From Leptonemataceae bacterium (GTDB lineage: Bacteria; Spirochaetota; Leptospiria; Leptospirales; Leptonemataceae), in the NCBI GenBank assembly GCA_965227295.1, contig OZ245742.1:4832001-4896000 (forward strand): 64,000 nt of DNA, written 5' to 3'. Numbering within the stretch: the stretch's first letter is position 1; each line of letters starts with the position of its first letter. The translations under genes and the position numbers were made by a program. The notes below the pieces were generated by a model, which saw only the letters and a list, made by a program, of their open reading frames with translations, searched no databases and had not been told where the DNA came from. Below are positions 1 to 8,765 of the stretch, in pieces.

Positions 1-890
1 AAAGTACTGATCCACGCGATGATCCGGGGGATGATGTCTAACTTTTTTTCGTACAACTTTAAGACGCGCAGCGGATCGCTGAAGCTTACCGTGCGCACCT
101 TCGTGCCGGAGCCGCGGCGGTACTGGCCGTGCTCGGTATTGTAGGCGATGATGCGCAAAGTACAGTTCTTCGCGGCGGAAAACGTAAAGCCCTCGAAGAG
201 ATCGGACGCGCGAAGTTTCGTATCGCGGCGAATCGGTTCGTCGAGACGTTTGAGTTTTAGGTTCACGTAGGCGGCGAGTAAATGCCGCATGTAGCTGTAC
301 GCGAGAGCGGTCAGGAACAGTCCGACCGCGGTACCGAAGATGCCGAGCTGGATCACGCCCGACTTGAGGTTCAGCAAAACAAGCACCAGCGCGCCCCAGC
401 CGAGCAGCACCGCACCGCCGACGGCGAAGATCACGTAACGATTCTTCGCGGGAACGGCCTTAATGTTCTTGAGAAAGTCGAAGGCGTCGTGCGGATCGAT
501 CAGGTCGGGCGAGTCGAAAGGTCCGGGCGGCCGCAGGCCAAGCGCGATTTCCTGGGGCTCCGAAATCGTGGTGTCGAAGATCAGCGCGTCGTCAATGACG
601 AGCTTCGTGTGGATGAGCATGTTGATGCGTTTGCCGGCGTAGCTGTAGTGCGGCACGCGGACCCGCGGAATGCGAATCTCCCGGTCCAGGCCTTCGATCA
701 CGAAGTCCTCGCGAAAGAGCTCCTCGCTCTCGTTGACGGGGCGGCTGTCGCGGACCTCGGTCTCCACCGAGAGCGTTACGTAAGCTTCTTTTCCGCGTAC
801 GTTAGTGTCCCGAAAGTGCAGCCGCAACACGAAGTACTCCGGGTCCGCCGCGCTATCGAGGACGAGTTCCGCCGTGCGTGCGTTATCCAT
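1..890 (-). CDS. Hypothetical membrane protein, 3' end beyond window start
   Basis: Own translation from ATG at 890 (MDNARTAELVLDSAADPEYF...) is open to the window edge. Two hydrophobic segments (YVIFAVGGAVLLGWGALVLVLL; LGIFGTAVGLFLTALAYSY). Follows the cyclase stop at 907 in the same orientation. Confidence 0.75.
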   Translation of the reverse strand, partial: MDNARTAELVLDSAADPEYFVLRLHFRDTNVRGKEAYVTLSVETEVRDSRPVNESEELFREDFVIEGLDREIRIPRVRVPHYSYAGKRINMLIHTKLVIDDALIFDTTISEPQEIALGLRPPGPFDSPDLIDPHDAFDFLKNIKAVPAKNRYVIFAVGGAVLLGWGALVLVLLNLKSGVIQLGIFGTAVGLFLTALAYSYMRHLLAAYVNLKLKRLDEPIRRDTKLRASDLFEGFTFSAAKNCTLRIIAYNTEHGQYRRGSGTKVRTVSFSDPLRVLKLYEKKLDIIPRIIAWIST

Positions 891-906
891 GCCGGCAACC
901 CCGCGC

Positions 907-1548
907 TCAGTCCAGTTTATACACCACGCGATACGCCGCATCGGCGCCCGGCGGCGTCTCCGCGATCGCTTCGAACGATACGCCGATCTCCGGGAAGCGT
1001 TCCTCGGCCCGCTCTTTCACGGCGCCGGTGACGAGAATCTCCCAGGCGTTCGCCGTATCTTCGCCGAGTTTACTCGCCGCGTTCACCTCGGCACCGAAGA
1101 CGTCACTGTCGCCGATCTTCAAGACATAACCGAAGCCCAGGCCCACGCACAACAGGATCTGCTCTTCGTCGGATTTGCCGACGTTGTACTCTTTCAACAC
1201 GCGCTGCATGTGAATGGCGCACTGCATGGCCTTCTGCACGTTGCGGAAGATCACCAAAAAGGAATCGCCCTCGACTTTTAACAGGATGCCGTCGTTCTCG
1301 TCGATGAGCGGAATCAGCACACGCTCGGATTCGTGAATCGTCTGTAGAAAATGAATGATGCCGAACTTCGCGACACCGCGCGAAAATCCGGAGAGATCCG
1401 TAAACATGATGCACCATTCTTCGCCGAAGAGGTCCCAGATGCGCTGGTCGATGGTGTCTTTGTCGGCGCCGGGTTTGAGCCGGGCCTCGATGAGTTTGCT
1501 CATTCGATCTTCGGAGGCGCTGGTGGCCACTCTTTGTGTGTGTCGCAT
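907..1548 (-). CDS. Class III adenylate/guanylate cyclase domain protein
   Basis: Motifs IMFTDLSGFS, LKVEGDSFLVIF, VGLGFG, DVFGAEVNAASKL. Start taken at MRHTQ (1548); the ORF extends further upstream. Confidence 0.9.
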   Translation of the reverse strand: MRHTQRVATSASEDRMSKLIEARLKPGADKDTIDQRIWDLFGEEWCIMFTDLSGFSRGVAKFGIIHFLQTIHESERVLIPLIDENDGILLKVEGDSFLVIFRNVQKAMQCAIHMQRVLKEYNVGKSDEEQILLCVGLGFGYVLKIGDSDVFGAEVNAASKLGEDTANAWEILVTGAVKERAEERFPEIGVSFEAIAETPPGADAAYRVVYKLD

Positions 1549-1691
1549 GGACGATGATATGACTGCGCTTCGGGAACGGGCAAGTGAAAAACACGAGAAT
1601 ATACACAATCCAGACGATACGGCGAGCGACGTTTCCTTCACTCTATTTCTGAAACTGCTTGCATTTATTTAACATCTATCGAGAGTACGGT

Positions 1692-2786
1692 ATGGAAATC
1701 GTGAACCGCGTCCTCGGTCTGGTGGCCGCCATCATGGAAAGTCTCGGGCGGAAGAGCATCAACTTCATCCCGCTCAATCTCGTCCTCATGTTCGGCGCGC
1801 TCATCGGTGCCCTCGTCGCCGGAACCGGAGCGGAAACGCTCTACAAGAATCTGCAACGCAACAGCGACGAACCGCGCAAACTCAGCCTCGCCGAACTCCT
1901 GGACCATGAAAAAAACGCGATCCCCATCGATGAACCCATCGTCGTCGAGGGCAGCTTCGTGCCGCGCTACGGCATGCAGTACGGCCGGCAAAAGAAGGAC
2001 AGCCCGGAACTGGACGTTACCGACGCCTGGGTTCCGCTGGTGGACTGGCGTGGTCGCCGGGGCATTTTCGTGGAACTGGCCGATGCAGACGAGGACCTGT
2101 CCGGCCGTCCGCGGCAACGCACGTTCACCGGCTGGTTAACCTCTATCGATTCGGAGTTACGTAAGGAACTCGAATCCGTCGGCGGCAAAGTCGAGGGCAT
2201 CGCCATGGATACGGCCGTGCAACTCCACGAGGGTGTGCCCATGACCCTCGAAGCATCGCGCAGTGGTTTTATTGTACTCGTCTCACTGTCGGCGGGGCTC
2301 GGCCTCCTGGGAGGTCTGTGTCTGATTACGATGTTCCGATCCTACATCATCTTCGGTCGCAAATCCTTCGAACCAGGATCGGCAGCCCTGAGCGCGCCGG
2401 CTGGAGATGAGTTACCGAATGCAAAGATCTCGGGTCACTTCAAACTCAACGATCACGGCAAGGTATTTCACAATGTCCCGGTCGCGTGGGGCCTCTCCGA
2501 AGAAGGCGAACTCGTCTTTCTTTCGAACATCGACGCCTCTTCCAGGTTCATGGGATTTACGACATCCAATCGCGCCGGCATCTGGGCTCTGGTCATTCCC
2601 CCGGCGAAGATCGAGTGGGTGCAGTACGGTCGGCACTACTGGGGCGGCCGTGCAAAACCGGCGCTGCGCATCAAAGGTCCGGGCGCGACACCGTCGGTGA
2701 TGATCTTCAAGGACGAGAACACGTTGCAGAAAGCGCTGGGTTATCTACGCGCGAACGGCGGGCCGGCGTTTGCAAAAATAGCGTGA
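1692..2786 (+). CDS. Hypothetical membrane protein
   Basis: Long ORF with two hydrophobic stretches; ATG at 1692 preceded by GAGAG; no recognised family. Confidence 0.7.
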   Translation: MEIVNRVLGLVAAIMESLGRKSINFIPLNLVLMFGALIGALVAGTGAETLYKNLQRNSDEPRKLSLAELLDHEKNAIPIDEPIVVEGSFVPRYGMQYGRQKKDSPELDVTDAWVPLVDWRGRRGIFVELADADEDLSGRPRQRTFTGWLTSIDSELRKELESVGGKVEGIAMDTAVQLHEGVPMTLEASRSGFIVLVSLSAGLGLLGGLCLITMFRSYIIFGRKSFEPGSAALSAPAGDELPNAKISGHFKLNDHGKVFHNVPVAWGLSEEGELVFLSNIDASSRFMGFTTSNRAGIWALVIPPAKIEWVQYGRHYWGGRAKPALRIKGPGATPSVMIFKDENTLQKALGYLRANGGPAFAKIA

Positions 2787-2827
2787 TGATTTTCGACAGC
2801 GCACTGTAAGATCCAATTTCTTCTCCC

Positions 2828-2854
2828 CCTCTGTGCCCTCTGTGCCTCTGTGGC
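2828..2854. repeat. Short tandem repeat (C)CTCTGTG x3
   Basis: CCTCTGTGCCCTCTGTGCCTCTGTGGC read directly, just upstream of the ABC-F start. Confidence 0.6.
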
Positions 2855-2860
2855 CAAAAC

Positions 2861-4789
2861 ATGCCCTCCGAAAACATCCTGTCCGCCGATCGCATCAGCA
2901 AGAGCCACGGCGACCGCAATCTCTTCACCGAACTCACGTTCGGCATCGACGCCGGCGATAAGATCGGCCTCATTGGACCGAACGGCGCCGGCAAGAGTAC
3001 ACTCTTTCGCGGACTCGCCGGGCGCGAGCCGCTGGACGACGGCCGCCTGGCGCTTCGCCGCGGCACGCGCATCGCCTATCTCGAACAGCTTCCGGAGTAC
3101 AATCCCGACGACGACCTGCGCACGCACATTTACAAAAGCGAAAGCGAGTTGGTGCGACTCATTCACGCTTACGAGTCGGCGGCGGAACGCGCGAGTCGGC
3201 ATCAGCAAGATGCGCCGGCCCTGGCCGAACTCGACCGGCTCACGAACGCCATGCACGAGCACGACGCCTGGACCTACGAGGCGGAGATCAAAAGCATCTT
3301 AAGCGAACTGGGACTGGACGATCTGAGCGTAACGATGTCGTCGCTCTCCGGCGGCATGTTGAAAAAAGTCGCGCTCGCCCATACGTTGATCGAGGACGCC
3401 GACCTCTTGTTCCTCGACGAACCCACGAACCACCTGGACGTCGAAAGCATCGTGTGGCTCGAAAAGTATCTGCGCGAAACAAAAAAGGCCGTCTTCTTAA
3501 TAACGCACGATCGTTACTTTCTCGAACGTATTACGAACCGCATCTTCGAACTGGAGCCGCCGGAGTTGCATCGCTACGAGGGCAACTACGAAACCTATCT
3601 CACCAAAAAGGCCGAGCGTGACGAACAGTTCGAACGCAGCGAGGCGAAGGCGCGCAACTTTCTGCGCACGGAGCTGGAGTGGTTGCGACGCCAGCCGAAG
3701 GCGCGCGGCACGAAACAAAAGGCCCGCATCGATCGCATCGACGTCGTGCAGAACCGCAAACAACGCAGCCAGGCCGAAGCGGCGGAGTTTCGCGTGGCCG
3801 GGCGCCGCCAGGGAAAAAAGATCCTGGAGGTCGAGAACATCGGCAAATCGTTCCCGGATGCCGACGGAAACACGCGCACCCTCTTCGAAAACTTCAGCCA
3901 CGTCTTCGGTCCCGGCGAACGCATCGGCGTGGTCGGTCCGAACGGCTCCGGCAAGTCCACGTTTCTAAAGATCCTCACGGGTAAACTCAAGCCGGACGCG
4001 GGCAACATCGACACCGGAACGAACACGCACTTCGGCTACTTCGATCAACAGAGCGATCTTTTCGCCGCCCCGGCGGACGGCGAGCGCCGGCTTATCGAAT
4101 TCGTGAAACGCGAGGCCGGAGAATTCATAAGCACCGCCGACGGCGACCGCATCGACGCCGCGCGTTTGCTGGAACGTTTCGGCTTCGACGGTCGCCTGCA
4201 ACACGGTTTTCTCAAGAATCTCAGCGGCGGCGAACGACGGCGATTGCACCTGGTCTTCGTGCTGCTCGGCAATCCGAACTTTCTGATCCTCGACGAACCC
4301 ACGAACGATCTGGACATCCAGACCCTCTCGCGTCTCGAGGATTTTCTCGGCGGCTTTGCCGGTTGCGTCCTCGTAGTTTCGCACGATCGTTACTTTATGG
4401 ATCGCATCGCCGATCGTCTGTTCGCCTTTACGAAGGACGGCCTGGTGCAATACACCGGCAGTTACTCCGACTACCTGGCCGAGCAGGAGTCGACGTCGCG
4501 CGAGCAAAACAGTGTGCCCGTTACGGAGCAGGAGAAACCGCAGACGCCGGCAAAGGCACCGGGCAAAAAACGCAGGCTATCGAACAAGGAACGGCGCGAG
4601 TACGATTCGCTCCAGGCCGAGATCGAAAAACTCGAAGCGGAGCGCTCGGAATTGGAGACGTTACTCGGTTCCGGCGAGTCGGATCACACCAAACTTGCGG
4701 CGTGGGGAGATCGGCATACGGAACTCGGTGCTTTGATTGAAGAAAAGTATGCGCGCTGGTCGGAGTTGGAAGAGTTCGCGGGAAATTGA
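2861..4789 (+). CDS. uup: ABC-F family ATPase, Uup/YfmR-like
   Basis: Two ABC cassettes (GPNGAGKST, LSGG, LDEPTNHLD; GPNGSGKST, LSGGERRR, LDEPTNDLD), no transmembrane segments, linker WLRRQPKARGTK and a C-terminal coiled-coil domain. Confidence 0.88.
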   Translation: MPSENILSADRISKSHGDRNLFTELTFGIDAGDKIGLIGPNGAGKSTLFRGLAGREPLDDGRLALRRGTRIAYLEQLPEYNPDDDLRTHIYKSESELVRLIHAYESAAERASRHQQDAPALAELDRLTNAMHEHDAWTYEAEIKSILSELGLDDLSVTMSSLSGGMLKKVALAHTLIEDADLLFLDEPTNHLDVESIVWLEKYLRETKKAVFLITHDRYFLERITNRIFELEPPELHRYEGNYETYLTKKAERDEQFERSEAKARNFLRTELEWLRRQPKARGTKQKARIDRIDVVQNRKQRSQAEAAEFRVAGRRQGKKILEVENIGKSFPDADGNTRTLFENFSHVFGPGERIGVVGPNGSGKSTFLKILTGKLKPDAGNIDTGTNTHFGYFDQQSDLFAAPADGERRLIEFVKREAGEFISTADGDRIDAARLLERFGFDGRLQHGFLKNLSGGERRRLHLVFVLLGNPNFLILDEPTNDLDIQTLSRLEDFLGGFAGCVLVVSHDRYFMDRIADRLFAFTKDGLVQYTGSYSDYLAEQESTSREQNSVPVTEQEKPQTPAKAPGKKRRLSNKERREYDSLQAEIEKLEAERSELETLLGSGESDHTKLAAWGDRHTELGALIEEKYARWSELEEFAGN

Positions 4790-4790
4790 T

Positions 4791-5231
4791 CTATTTGGAC
4801 TCATCCGATTTCTTTTTGTAATACAGTAAGGAACTAACTAAAACTCCTAAACTGGAGAAGAGGGAAGCGAAACCCGAAATTTCCTTTCCAAGAAATACCA
4901 GATAAAGTCCGCCGAGCATCCCTGTCATTATGATCGCAAATCCTAAACCTAAAGATAGGATTCGAATCCTCAGTTCATACTTCGTTTTTCCGATCTCCGC
5001 ATCGTTCGCTTTTTCGGCCATACGAAGAATGCGGTCCGCCGCTCCAGGCAAAACGTTTTCATATTTTGCAAATTGCTCGGCCGGGGGAATCGGCGCATCG
5101 TAGCTTGTCGAGATGATGTGGCGTAGAGCAGCGCGGACTTCCTGGCGCGCCTCCTCCGGAGGAACGACCTCCGGCTCTACGTTCTTTTTCGCTTGCGACT
5201 TTTTTCCTGATCTCGACTTCTTTTTGGCCAT
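4791..5231 (-). CDS. DUF2335-like small membrane protein
   Basis: PIPPAEQFAKYENVLPGAADRILRMAEK motif followed by two transmembrane helices. Confidence 0.8.
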   Translation of the reverse strand: MAKKKSRSGKKSQAKKNVEPEVVPPEEARQEVRAALRHIISTSYDAPIPPAEQFAKYENVLPGAADRILRMAEKANDAEIGKTKYELRIRILSLGLGFAIIMTGMLGGLYLVFLGKEISGFASLFSSLGVLVSSLLYYKKKSDESK

Positions 5232-5626
5232 ACGATCGACTCTTCCCAGGACTGCATTGCCAGCCTTAGATGTTTCCCCGTGTTCATGAATGCATCGCTC
5301 ATGCGTTTCTTTACATTAGTCGCAATATCCGCATCGCGAGACTGAATTAGATCATCAATAATACCGGCGACGTCTACGGCGCGTCCGAGTTCAATCGGCA
5401 CGAATTTGTAGGTATCCGCGAGCGCCTCGCGAAGCAGCCGCGCCGAGGAAGATACTTGTTCGCCGGAAGTAGTTTCCGGGGATGCATCCTGTCTTCCCGC
5501 CAGCATATTACGTAACTCTGCACAAATCAGTTCCGAATAATATTCGATTAAACGCAGATCTTCGTCTGAAACATCCTTACCAGCAACCTCGAAAGGGTCT
5601 GACTTTTTCTTGCTTGCGGAAACCAT
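5177..5626 (-). CDS. Hypothetical protein upstream of and overlapping the DUF2335-like gene
   Basis: 149-aa ORF in a lower-GC segment with a sigma70-like promoter directly upstream. Confidence 0.6.
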   Translation of the reverse strand: MVSASKKKSDPFEVAGKDVSDEDLRLIEYYSELICAELRNMLAGRQDASPETTSGEQVSSSARLLREALADTYKFVPIELGRAVDVAGIIDDLIQSRDADIATNVKKRMSDAFMNTGKHLRLAMQSWEESIVWPKRSRDQEKSRKRKRT

Positions 5627-5640
5627 AAAACCTACAATCT

Positions 5641-5670
5641 ACTATACAAAAAACGTCATACCCCTGTCAA
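5641..5670 (-). promoter_or_regulatory. Sigma70-like promoter, TTGACA-18 nt-TATAGT
   Basis: Minus strand reads TTGACA (5670-5665) ggggtatgacgttttttg TATAGT (5646-5641), 14 nt before ATG 5626. Confidence 0.55.
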
Positions 5671-5711
5671 CTCCCAACTTACACCAAATGGTGAAAATTA
5701 GCAAGGCACGC

Positions 5712-6596
5712 TCACAACCCCGCCATTTCCCGCAACTCCGCGGCGGTTTTCCCCTCGTCCATCAACTTCCGCAGCGCCAGGGAATCGTGGCGTTTGGCCA
5801 GGCGCCGGCCGTCCGCGTCGCGCAGCAGTTCGCAGTGAAAAAACGCCGGCGGTGCAAAACCCAGCGCGCGGTACAGCAACAACTGCCGCGCGGTAGACAG
5901 CAGCAGGTCCGCGCCGCGCACCACTTCGCTGACCCGCATCAACGCGTCGTCGACGACAACGGCGAACTCGTAGGCCGGCGCGTCGACGTCCCGGCGCCAC
6001 ACCAGGAAATCCCCGAAGTCCGCACCGGCCGTAAACTGCACCTTACCGAAACTTAAGTCTGCAAACGCGATCGTCTCACCGTCCGGTACACGAAAGCGCC
6101 AGTTTACACCGCCAGGATCATCCAGGGAAAAACCCGGCACCACGACAGCCGCGCTTTGAAATTCCGGCGGGCGCAGCTCCGGCGGGAACACCGGCTCCCA
6201 CCCTTCGCGGTCCGGCAGCGTACCGTCGTGTTGTTCCAGCAGGCGCGCCTGGATTTCTTTGCGCGAACGTTTGCACGGATAGATCCAGCCGCCCGCGTGC
6301 AGCCTGCGCCACTGCTTTTGATAGATCCCACATGCCAGGCGTTCGCTCTGCGTATACGGCGCAAACTCGCCGCCGACGTCAGGCCCCTCATCCCAATCCA
6401 GGCCGAAGCGTTTTAGATCTTTGACGGCGGCCGCGGCGAACTCGGGCTTGCAACGTTTGCGATCCAGGTCCTCGTCGCGATAGACAAGCGTGCCGTTCCT
6501 TTCGCGGCAGCGATCATACGCGACAGCAAAGGTCCGCGCGTGACCGAGGTGTAAGTATCCCGTAGGTGATGGTGCAACTCTGCCGCGGTAGTTCAT
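5712..6596 (-). CDS. gluQ: Glutamyl-queuosine tRNA(Asp) synthetase
   Basis: YRGRVAPSPTGYLHLGH, EDLD, YEFAVVVDD, VVRGADLL, RLAKR; GluRS catalytic domain only (~294 aa), no anticodon-binding domain. Confidence 0.88.
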   Translation of the reverse strand: MNYRGRVAPSPTGYLHLGHARTFAVAYDRCRERNGTLVYRDEDLDRKRCKPEFAAAAVKDLKRFGLDWDEGPDVGGEFAPYTQSERLACGIYQKQWRRLHAGGWIYPCKRSRKEIQARLLEQHDGTLPDREGWEPVFPPELRPPEFQSAAVVVPGFSLDDPGGVNWRFRVPDGETIAFADLSFGKVQFTAGADFGDFLVWRRDVDAPAYEFAVVVDDALMRVSEVVRGADLLLSTARQLLLYRALGFAPPAFFHCELLRDADGRRLAKRHDSLALRKLMDEGKTAAELREMAGL

Positions 6597-6653
6597 GAGA
6601 TGATGTGTTGTACGGGCACGGCCCGAGACAACAAGGTAGTATGTCAGCAAATC

Positions 6654-6780
6654 TTTTGGGCGTCTGCCCCGCCGCGCCGCGGAGGCGGCGGGGCACCGCG
6701 CTGCTCCGGGCTCCGCTTCGCTGCGGTCCGCGCTACACGCGGACTGGCCTTCGGCCACCCTGCACATCGCTGACGCGAAG
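6654..6780 (+). repeat. ~125-bp REP-like structured repeat, copy 1
   Basis: TTTTGGGCGT-hairpin-CCGCGCT...CTCCGCTTCGCT.CGGTC...GGCCTTCGGCC...ATCGCTGACGCGAAG, shared with 19313-19435 and 20787-20913. Confidence 0.85.
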
Positions 6781-6791
6781 AAGACTCATCT

Positions 6792-6901
6792 CTTCGCGCG
6801 AGGGATACGCAGGGTCGCGAAGCGAGTCTTTGCGCAGCAAAGACCGAAGCCGAAGGCGGAGCCCGTAGTAGCCCGGTCGGCGCGCAGCGCCGACGCGCCC
6901 A
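6792..6901 (-). repeat. ~125-bp REP-like structured repeat, inverted divergent copy 2
   Basis: Reverse complement reads GGGCGCGTCGGCGCTGCGCGCCGA-CCGGGCTACTACGGGCTCCGCCTTCGGCTTCGGTC...CCCTGCGTATCCCTCGCGCGAAG, the same block order as copy 1. Confidence 0.75.
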
Positions 6902-6963
6902 TACAAACATCCATCCGTTCAAACTTAAGCCGCGAGGCATGTCGGCGTACGGATCGGTTCGTC

Positions 6964-7749
6964 TTACTTATCCAGAAGATTGTCTTCGTTCTGCAATTGC
7001 GATTCCACGAACCAGTAGACGCGGCGTTCCACCAGACGCAGGGCGTCCACGTACCGACGCAGTTGTTCAATGCGACGGCGCGGCTCTCGCACGTCGAGCA
7101 CGGGGATGGCCTGGGTCTCTTCCCCGCCGCGGGGCAGATCAACGGGCACGCCGGGCGGCAGGCCGGGATCGGCGGGCTGATCCAGCTCCCGGGAATCGCG
7201 GCCGGAAAAGAAACGGTAATTATAAAAGTACGTATACAACGAACCCTTGCGCTCACCGGCCACGATGTTTACCATGAGGCCGTCAAACGGCGCGGGTTCG
7301 GCCGGGGCCGGTTCCGCATTCGCCTGTACATTCACCTCACGAACGAACCAGAACTTACGTAACAGATACGTCGTGCCGCGCTGGGCCGTGCGTTCTTCGA
7401 GAATCACATATTCAATGCGCGGTCCGTTCCATTGTAAGTAAGAGGTTTCGGTGAGGATCTTCTGCTCCGGCGAACCGTAACGGGATACGACCTCGGACCG
7501 GAGCGGAATGCGCGAACGTTCCTGTTCGTCGATGAGGTTGCTGCGTTCCAGATAACCGCGATAGGTCTCGATGCGGCGCATGAGATTATACACCTGACGC
7601 TCAAGATATACTATCTGCTCTTTCTGGTCGGCATCCGGCGGAACGTAGGTCCCCACCTGGTCGAGGGGCTGGGCTTCGAGCGCCACGCCGGCGCAGACCG
7701 CGAGCGCAAACGACATGACAAAAGACGACCTGAAACGAACGCGGGACAT
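6964..7749 (-). CDS. Hypothetical exported protein
   Basis: 261-aa ORF with a signal-peptide-like N-terminus (FALAVCAGVALEA-QP). Confidence 0.7.
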   Translation of the reverse strand: MSRVRFRSSFVMSFALAVCAGVALEAQPLDQVGTYVPPDADQKEQIVYLERQVYNLMRRIETYRGYLERSNLIDEQERSRIPLRSEVVSRYGSPEQKILTETSYLQWNGPRIEYVILEERTAQRGTTYLLRKFWFVREVNVQANAEPAPAEPAPFDGLMVNIVAGERKGSLYTYFYNYRFFSGRDSRELDQPADPGLPPGVPVDLPRGGEETQAIPVLDVREPRRRIEQLRRYVDALRLVERRVYWFVESQLQNEDNLLDK

Positions 7750-7807
7750 AAGGTTCCTTCATAGAATCGGTTGAATCGGCGCAGGTCTCCGCAAAAATCC
7801 GTCCCCA

Positions 7808-8647
7808 ATGCTCAAGAAAATCGCCCTCCGGTCTTTGCTGTTCATCGCCGGTCTCCTCCTGGCCGGCCTGATCGTCGTGTTGATCCTGCGCGTCAGCCGG
7901 GACGATCCGGAACCGGCCCGGCGGCCGTTCCTGGAAAATCTGCCGCGCCCGGCCATCTTCGCGCACCGGGGCGCCTCCGGGGACGCCGCCGAAAACACCC
8001 TGAACGCCTTCGCCCTGGCCCTCCGCCAGGGAGCGCACGTCCTGGAACTGGACGTGCATCGCAGCCGGGACGGCCACATCGTCGTCAGCCACGACCGGAC
8101 CCTCGAACGCACCCACGGCGATCCGCGGTCCATTGCGGACCTGAGCCTCGCGGAACTCCAGGAGATTGCCCCGGAGATTCCGTCGCTACGCTCCGTTTTC
8201 GCTCGCTTCCCCGGCATTCCCATCAACATCGAAATCAAGTCCCGCCACGACGAGGCCGCCCTGGATCTCTGGAAGCTGATCCTGGCCAACAATCGCCAGG
8301 ACACGGTCCTGGTGGCCAGCGGCAGCGATGCGATGATTCAACGATTCCGTGAGGTCAGCGGCGGCGCCACCGCCACCAGCGCCGGCCTCTTCGAGGCCCT
8401 GACGTTCTACGGCTGTTTCCTCGTGGACGTGCCGTGCCGGCCCGCCTTCGACGCCCTCCAGATTCCCTTCCGTCCGTTTGCGGGCATCCAGCCGGCGGAC
8501 CCGGCGTTCATTGAGTTCGCTCATCGTCACGGCCGGCCGGTCCACTACTGGACCGTCAACGAAAGTACGGACATGCAACGCCTCATCGAAGCGGGCGCGG
8601 ACGCGATCATGACCGACTACCCCGTCCGGTTTCCGACGGAAAAGTAA
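7808..8647 (+). CDS. Glycerophosphodiester phosphodiesterase
   Basis: IFAHRGASG..ENTL, LELDVH, VVSHD, NIEIK, HYWTVN, IMTDYP; N-terminal membrane anchor. Confidence 0.92.
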   Translation: MLKKIALRSLLFIAGLLLAGLIVVLILRVSRDDPEPARRPFLENLPRPAIFAHRGASGDAAENTLNAFALALRQGAHVLELDVHRSRDGHIVVSHDRTLERTHGDPRSIADLSLAELQEIAPEIPSLRSVFARFPGIPINIEIKSRHDEAALDLWKLILANNRQDTVLVASGSDAMIQRFREVSGGATATSAGLFEALTFYGCFLVDVPCRPAFDALQIPFRPFAGIQPADPAFIEFAHRHGRPVHYWTVNESTDMQRLIEAGADAIMTDYPVRFPTEK

Positions 8648-8765
8648 ACTGTCGCCATTGGACGGCCTCAACCCTTCTAACATTCTTTTACGAAACCTTA
8701 ACACTCCCGCTACGGGAAAGTCAGTTTTTGATTGATTTTGCCAGCCGCCGTGTTACATTGCGGAG

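Noticed and set aside
282..1281. Plus-strand ORFs 282-1031 and 805-1281
   Set aside because: Antisense shadows of the minus-strand membrane protein and cyclase genes.
6597..6767. N-terminal extension of the gluQ ORF
   Set aside because: It is translated REP-like repeat; the family starts at MNYRGR.
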